From: an uncultured Actinomycetes bacterium
Lineage (GTDB): Bacteria; Actinomycetota; UBA4738; HRBIN12
Reading direction: 5' to 3'
Assembly: GCA_963736335.1 (NCBI GenBank)
Contig: CAVTOC010000006.1
Span: 1,122,828 to 1,186,827 of the forward strand
DNA: 64,000 bases
The position numbers and the translations under genes were made by a program. Shown in pieces: positions 59,239 through 64,000 of this stretch (position 1 is the first letter of the stretch; the number at the start of each line of letters is the position of its first letter). The notes beneath the pieces were generated by a model that saw only the letters and a list, made by a program, of their open reading frames with translations, was not told the DNA's origin and made no database searches.

Positions 59239-59556
59239 GTGATGACCGCCGCCGTCTGGACCGCGATCGGGCTGCTCGCCGCTACGTCGTTGGGCGCGCT
59301 CTTCTATCTCGGCGCTCGCATCGACGCGCAGGGCGCCCGGATCGACTCGCTGGGTGCCCGCATGGACGCTCGGTTCGACGACCTCGTCGGTCGCATCGAC
59401 GCTCGGTTCGACGGTGTTGCCGGTCGGTTCGATAGCGTCGCCGGTCGCTTCGATGCACTCTCGGGCCGGATCGACACGTTGGAAGGTCGCGTCGATGCTC
59501 GCTTCGACAACCTCGACGCACGTCTCGACGCCCACCTGGAGCGTCACACGGGATGA
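59239..59556 (+). CDS. Membrane-anchored heptad-repeat (coiled-coil) protein
   Basis: N-terminal TM AAVWTAIGLLAATSLGALFYL, followed by about 11 heptads of the form G-A-R-(I/F/M)-D-x-x. Confidence 0.55.
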   Translation: MMTAAVWTAIGLLAATSLGALFYLGARIDAQGARIDSLGARMDARFDDLVGRIDARFDGVAGRFDSVAGRFDALSGRIDTLEGRVDARFDNLDARLDAHLERHTG

Positions 59557-59669
59557 CCCCGAACGAGGACGATCGGAAGCCGGGTAGCGCGAAGGGGACG
59601 TTCGTCGTCCCACCGGACTTCGACGAGCCGCTCCCTGATGACGTCCTGGCGGAGTGGGAGCAGGAGTAA
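59553..59669 (+). CDS. 38-aa ORF resembling the C-terminal toxin-binding tail of DUF2281-type antitoxins
   Basis: ATGA overlap with the preceding stop. MTPNEDDRKPGSAKGTFVVPPDFDEPLPDDVLAEWEQE, compared with the family tail G..KG.i.m.pDFDePL. It is below the ORF-track size cutoff. Confidence 0.35.
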   Translation: MTPNEDDRKPGSAKGTFVVPPDFDEPLPDDVLAEWEQE

Positions 59670-59728
59670 CCGACCGATCCGACGAGGGTGGATTGGCCAC
59701 ATCTTCGCTCGGCCGCCAAGATGGGGTG

Positions 59729-60562
59729 ATGCGCGCGGGGATCATCCTGCCCGGCGGCGACGCCAACGAGCAGCTCGAGCTGGCCGTGCTCGCCGAGGAG
59801 ACCGGCTGGGACGGCGTGTTCGTGTGGGAGGCGTCGTACGGCATCGACGCCTGGGGCCTGCTGTCGGCGATCGCGGTGAAGACCGAGCGCGTCCGGCTCG
59901 GCACGATGCTCACCCCGCTGCCGTGGCGCCGGCCGTGGAAGGTCGCGAGCCAGGTCGCCACGCTCGACCAGCTCTCGGGCGGCCGCGCGATCCTCACGGT
60001 CGGGCTCGGGGCGTTCACCGACGATCTTCCGGAGGTGGGTGAGGTCGCCGACCTCCGCGAACGGGCCGCGATCCTCGACGACGGCATCGACCTCGTGCGC
60101 GCGCTCTGGGAAGGGCGGGACGCGTACCACGGGCCGATCCACGACCTGCGCTTCACGGAACGCGATCAGCTGGAGGTCGGGCGTCCCGTGCAGGGACCGC
60201 CGCCGATCTGGGTGGTCGGGCTCTGGCCGAGGATGAAGTCGATGCGGCGTGCGCTGCGCTGCGACGGTATCGTGCCGCAGTTCGAGGGCGAGGAGCACGA
60301 GGGCTCGCCCGAGCTGGTGCGCGAGATGCTCCGGTGGCTCGGGGAGAACGGCGCGCGTTCGGACATCGACGTGATCGCGCAGGGCGAGACGCCCGCGGAC
60401 GATCCCGCCGCCGCCGCCGAGCTGGCCGCTCCGTGGGCGGAGGCGGGCTGCACCTGGTGGCTCGAGACGAACTGGGAGATGCCCCACCACTCCGCCGAAC
60501 GGATGGCGCAGATCCGAGGGCGCCTCGTGGCCGGACCCCCGGCGGCCGGGACCACGGAGTAG
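59729..60562 (+). CDS. LLM-class (luciferase-like) F420-dependent oxidoreductase
   Basis: MRAGIILPGG...LAEETGWDGVFVWE...RLGTMLTPLPWRRPWKVASQVATLDQLSGGRAILTVGLG. Confidence 0.75.
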   Translation: MRAGIILPGGDANEQLELAVLAEETGWDGVFVWEASYGIDAWGLLSAIAVKTERVRLGTMLTPLPWRRPWKVASQVATLDQLSGGRAILTVGLGAFTDDLPEVGEVADLRERAAILDDGIDLVRALWEGRDAYHGPIHDLRFTERDQLEVGRPVQGPPPIWVVGLWPRMKSMRRALRCDGIVPQFEGEEHEGSPELVREMLRWLGENGARSDIDVIAQGETPADDPAAAAELAAPWAEAGCTWWLETNWEMPHHSAERMAQIRGRLVAGPPAAGTTE

Positions 60563-60567
60563 CTACC

Positions 60568-62224
60568 CTGGCGTCGCACGGACCCCGAGGGGGAACGACG
60601 TCCGACACCGCGATCGAACGAGCCCGCGCGGCGATCACACGCCAGGACTGGGCCGACGCCTACGCCGCGTTCCACGACGCGGACCGAGCAGCGATGACCG
60701 GCGCCGACCTGGAGGCGTTCGCGGACGCGGCGTGGTGGTGCTCGAAGCTCCCGGAGGCGCTCGCGATCCGCAAGGAGGCGTACGCCGCCTACGACGCCGA
60801 GGGGAACGACGCGGCGGCGGGCTGGATGGCCGCGCGGCTCGCGATCGAGCACTTCATCGGCAACGAGCCCGCCGTGGGGAGCGGGTTCCTCATGCGCGCG
60901 CAGCGACACGCCGCCCAGCTCCCACCGGGCCGCGAGCACGGGTTCCTCGCGATGCTCGAGGCGACGGTCGCGTTGAACACCGGCGACCTCGATGGGTCGC
61001 TCGTGCGGATCCAAGACGCCGTCCGCATCGGCCGCGAGGTGGGCGACCCTGAGCTGACCGCGATGGCGATCCACACGCAGGGCCTCGCGATGATCGACAC
61101 CGGCCATGTCCAGGAGGGCCTCGCGCTGCTCGACGAGGCGATGGCCTCCACGGTGGCCGGCGAGGTCGGGCCGTACTTCACGGGGATCATCTACTGCAGC
61201 CTGCTGTCGGCGTGCCTCGCGATCGGCGACCTGCGACGCGCCGGCGAGTGGAGCGACGCGGCCGTCGACTGGTGCGCCACGATCCCGCCGGACTCGCCGT
61301 ACCCCGGGATGTGCCGGGCGAACCGGGCGGAGGTCGCGCGCCTGCGCGGCGCGTGGGGAGAGGCGGAGGCCGAGGCCGAGCGCGCCTGCGACGAGCTGCT
61401 GGTCATCGAGCCGCGGTTCGCGGCGGCGGCGTTCCTGCAGCTGGCCGAGATCCGGCGACGCCGCGGCGACCTGGCCGGCGCCGAGGAGGCGTACACGAAG
61501 GCGCACGGGTTCGGCGAGGATCCGCAGCCCGGTCTCGCGCTGCTGCGGCTCGCGCAGGGCAAGCGGACCGCCGCCCGGGCGGCGATCGCCGCGGCGCTCG
61601 GCGCGGCCGGACCCGCCCGCCCCCATCTGGTGCGGCTGCATGCGGCCAACGTCGAGATCGCCCTGGCCGACGGGTCGATCGACGACGCCCTCGCGTCGGT
61701 GGCGGAGCTCGGCGGGATCGCGGAGGAGACGCGGGCGCCCGGCGTTCGCCGCGCAGGCGGCCGAGGCGGCCGGGTCGGTCGCGCTCGCGTCCGGCGACGT
61801 CGACGGCGCCCTGGCCCGTCTCCGAGAGGCATGCACCGCGTGGCAGGAGCTGCGGCTGCCCTACGAGGCGTCGCGCGCCCGGGTGCGGTTCGCGCGGGCG
61901 CTCGCCGCCGCCGGCGACGAGGAGGGCGCGACCCTCGAGCTCCGCGCCGCGCTCGCGGGCTTCGAGCGGCTGGGTGCGCTGCGGGACGCCGGCGAGGTCG
62001 CGGGCCTGTTGGGCACGCCCGACGCGCTGCCGGCGGGGCTCACCACGCGTGAGGCCGAGGTCCTGCGTCTGCTCGCGTCGGGCAAGACGAACCGCGACAT
62101 CGCGGTGGAGCTGGTGATCAGCGAGCACACCGTGGGACGGCACCTCCAGAACCTCTACGCGAAGCTGGGCGTGTCGTCGCGCTCCGCGGCCACGGCCTAC
62201 GCGTTCGAGCACGGGCTCACCTGA
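60568..62224 (+). pseudogene. LuxR family regulator with an N-terminal TPR-like domain, frameshifted; start uncertain
   Basis: C-terminal LTTREAEVLRLLASGKTNRDIAVELVISEHTVGRHLQNLYAKLGV. The frame changes at the CCC run near 61737. There is no ATG/GTG between the LLM stop and TSDTAIERARAAI. Confidence 0.65.
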
Positions 62225-62331
62225 TGGTGCGTTCGCACCATGCCCGTGTGGTCGCAGGTTGGTGGGTTCCGTCGATGCGGCGCCACCGCCCGCAGCCCTA
62301 GCGTCCTCCCATCGACACGGAGGAGGACGCC

Positions 62332-63438
62332 ATGCAGACGGAACGCTTCGACACGGTCGTGATCGGTGCCGGTCAGGCCGGCCTGGTGACGGGGTACCAC
62401 CTGCAGCGCGCGGGACGATCGTTCGTCATCCTGGATGCGGACGAGCGCGTCGGCGACACGTGGCGCCGGCGCTACGACTCGCTCCGGCTCTTCACCCCCG
62501 CGTACGGGTGCGCGCTCGACGGGATGCCGTTCCCGTCGAAGGACTCGACGTGCCCGACGAAGGACGAGTTCGCGGACTACCTGGAGGCGTACGCGATGCG
62601 GTTCGCGCTGCCGGTGCGCACGGGCGTACGCGTGGACGGCGTGCGCCGTGACGGCGACGTGTACGTCGTGTCCACCGGCGATCGCACGTTCGAGGCGACG
62701 AACGTCGTCGTGGCGTCGGGCGCGCACCGCGACCCCCGGGTCCCGGTGTTCGCGGCGGATCTCGATCCGTCGATCGTGCAGCTGCACTCCAGCGCGTACC
62801 GCAACCCGTCGCAGCTGCGCGACGGTCGTGTGCTGGTCGTCGGCGTCGGGAACTCGGGTGGCGACATCGCGATGGAGGTCGCGCGGACGCACGCGACCAC
62901 GCTGTCGGGCAGCCCGACCGGGCACATCCCGCCGGACATCGACGGCTGGGTCGCGCGCAACATCGTGTTCCACGTGATCCGGTTCCTGGGGCTGCACGTG
63001 TTCACGCTCCGCAACCCGATCGGACGCAAGGCGATCGCGACGATGTCCCGGAAGGGCGGCATGCTCGTTCGCGTGAAGCCGAAGTGGCTCACGGCGGCCG
63101 GCGTGGTGAGCGTCGGACGGACGATCGGCGTCCGCGACGGCAAGCCGGTGGTCGAGGGCGGCGAGGTGCTCGACGACGTGACGAACGTCGTGTGGTGCGT
63201 CGGCTTCCGCCAGGACCTGTCGTGGATCGACCTGCCGATCTTCGGCGAGGACGGGGCACCGATGCACGAGCGCGGGGTCGTGACGAGCGAACCGGGCCTG
63301 TACTTCATGGGGCTTCCGTTCCAGTTCGCGGTCGCGTCGGACGTGATCCCGGGGGTGGGCCGCGACGCGCGTTTCATCGTGAAGCAGCTCGTGCGCCGCA
63401 CGCGCGCGCATGCGCCCGCCGCGACGGTCGCCGCCTGA
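62332..63438 (+). CDS. FAD/NAD(P)-binding flavin monooxygenase-like oxidoreductase
   Basis: Two dinucleotide folds: VVIGAGQAGL and VLVVGVGNSGGDIA. Confidence 0.8.
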   Translation: MQTERFDTVVIGAGQAGLVTGYHLQRAGRSFVILDADERVGDTWRRRYDSLRLFTPAYGCALDGMPFPSKDSTCPTKDEFADYLEAYAMRFALPVRTGVRVDGVRRDGDVYVVSTGDRTFEATNVVVASGAHRDPRVPVFAADLDPSIVQLHSSAYRNPSQLRDGRVLVVGVGNSGGDIAMEVARTHATTLSGSPTGHIPPDIDGWVARNIVFHVIRFLGLHVFTLRNPIGRKAIATMSRKGGMLVRVKPKWLTAAGVVSVGRTIGVRDGKPVVEGGEVLDDVTNVVWCVGFRQDLSWIDLPIFGEDGAPMHERGVVTSEPGLYFMGLPFQFAVASDVIPGVGRDARFIVKQLVRRTRAHAPAATVAA

Positions 63439-63474
63439 TCCCTTCCGGCCGTCGTCACGGCCGGATGGATCACC

Positions 63475-64000
63475 TCAGGGGCTCGTCAGGATGACGAGTT
63501 GCTGGGTCGCCCGGGTCATCGCGACGTAGCGGTCGACCGCTCCTTCGATGCCCGTGCCGAACGACTCCGGGTCGATGAGGACGACCAGGTCGAACTCGAG
63601 CCCCTTCGCCAGCTCCGGGCTCAGCGAGCGGACGCGCGACGTCGAGCGGAACGCGGGCTCGCCGACGACGCATGCGATCCCGTCGTCGTGTTCGGCGAGC
63701 CAGGTGTCCAGGATCGCGTCGAGATCCGCGGCGGATCCGTGGACGACGGGGAGGCCGCTGCCGCGGATGGAGGTCGGCACGTTGGCGTCCGGCACGACGG
63801 CGCGGATGACCGGCTCGGCTTCCTCCATGACCTCGATCGGCGTCCGGTAGTTGATGCGCAGTGAAGCCAGGCTGAAGCGGCTGAGCCCGACCCGCTCGAG
63901 CCGTTCCGGCCACTGCTCCGTGAAGCCGTGCCGGGCCTGGGCTCGATCGCCGACGATCGTGAAGCTCCCGGTCGGGCAGCGGCTCAGCAGCATCTGCCAC
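63475..64000 (-). CDS. UvrD/HelD-like helicase, C-terminal part (5' end beyond the window)
   Basis: FTIVGDRAQ...INYRTP...KGLEFDLVVLID...RYVAMTRATQQLVIL (helicase motifs III-VI). Confidence 0.7.
   Translation of the reverse strand, partial: WQMLLSRCPTGSFTIVGDRAQARHGFTEQWPERLERVGLSRFSLASLRINYRTPIEVMEEAEPVIRAVVPDANVPTSIRGSGLPVVHGSAADLDAILDTWLAEHDDGIACVVGEPAFRSTSRVRSLSPELAKGLEFDLVVLIDPESFGTGIEGAVDRYVAMTRATQQLVILTSP

Noticed and set aside
59304-59510. 68-aa minus-strand ORF with its own repeat pattern (RPSNRASMR...)
   Set aside because: It is a mirror-image artefact of the heptad-repeat gene on the plus strand.
1-64000. tRNA, rRNA and transposase/integrase genes
   Set aside because: I recognised none while reading ORFs and intergenic regions. 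I cannot exclude a tRNA without a covariance-model scan.

Overview
High-GC (about 68-70%) chromosomal segment that looks like Actinomycetota. Supporting content: F420-type enzymes (DDN, PPOX and LLM families), a two-domain mycothiol-synthase-like GNAT, an ECF sigma factor with YciI genes, and PadR/ArsR/AraC regulators. Most of the window is accessory metabolism and signalling: many alpha/beta hydrolases, an ABC-2 exporter, DinB, and five class III nucleotide cyclase genes in three architectures.

Main observations:
1. A 5'-truncated gene is built from near-identical 381-bp tandem repeats, each encoding a cupredoxin unit.
2. An orphan SLATT-like 2TM gene sits divergent to a 539-aa polytopic membrane protein, with twin CTAGGC-N4-GCCTA palindromes between them.
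3. Two tandem paralogs encode secreted, protease-less P-domain + IPT/TIG proteins, bracketed by cyclase genes.
4. One gene is a chimera: the YcaQ-like N-terminal half joined to an HD-GYP remnant and a LuxR HTH.
5. A low-GC (about 47-58%) island of about 3.2 kb lies at 54.1-57.2 kb. It carries a small basic-tailed protein, a ParA-like ATPase, a RelA/SpoT-type nucleotide pyrophosphokinase and an HNH endonuclease. It abuts a decayed partial copy of the neighbouring alkaline-phosphatase-family gene. This is my best candidate for an undescribed toxSAS-like or defence/addiction module.
6. Frame-breaking indels are strongly non-uniform. They are rare before 46 kb and dense between 46 and 62 kb, including at least 13 frame changes in one 3-kb gene whose paralog upstream is intact. 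This is either local consensus error or real pseudogenisation.

I recognised no rRNA genes, CRISPR arrays, integrases or transposases. I could not scan for tRNAs reliably by eye. All family assignments come from motif recognition in the translated ORFs; no searches were run.
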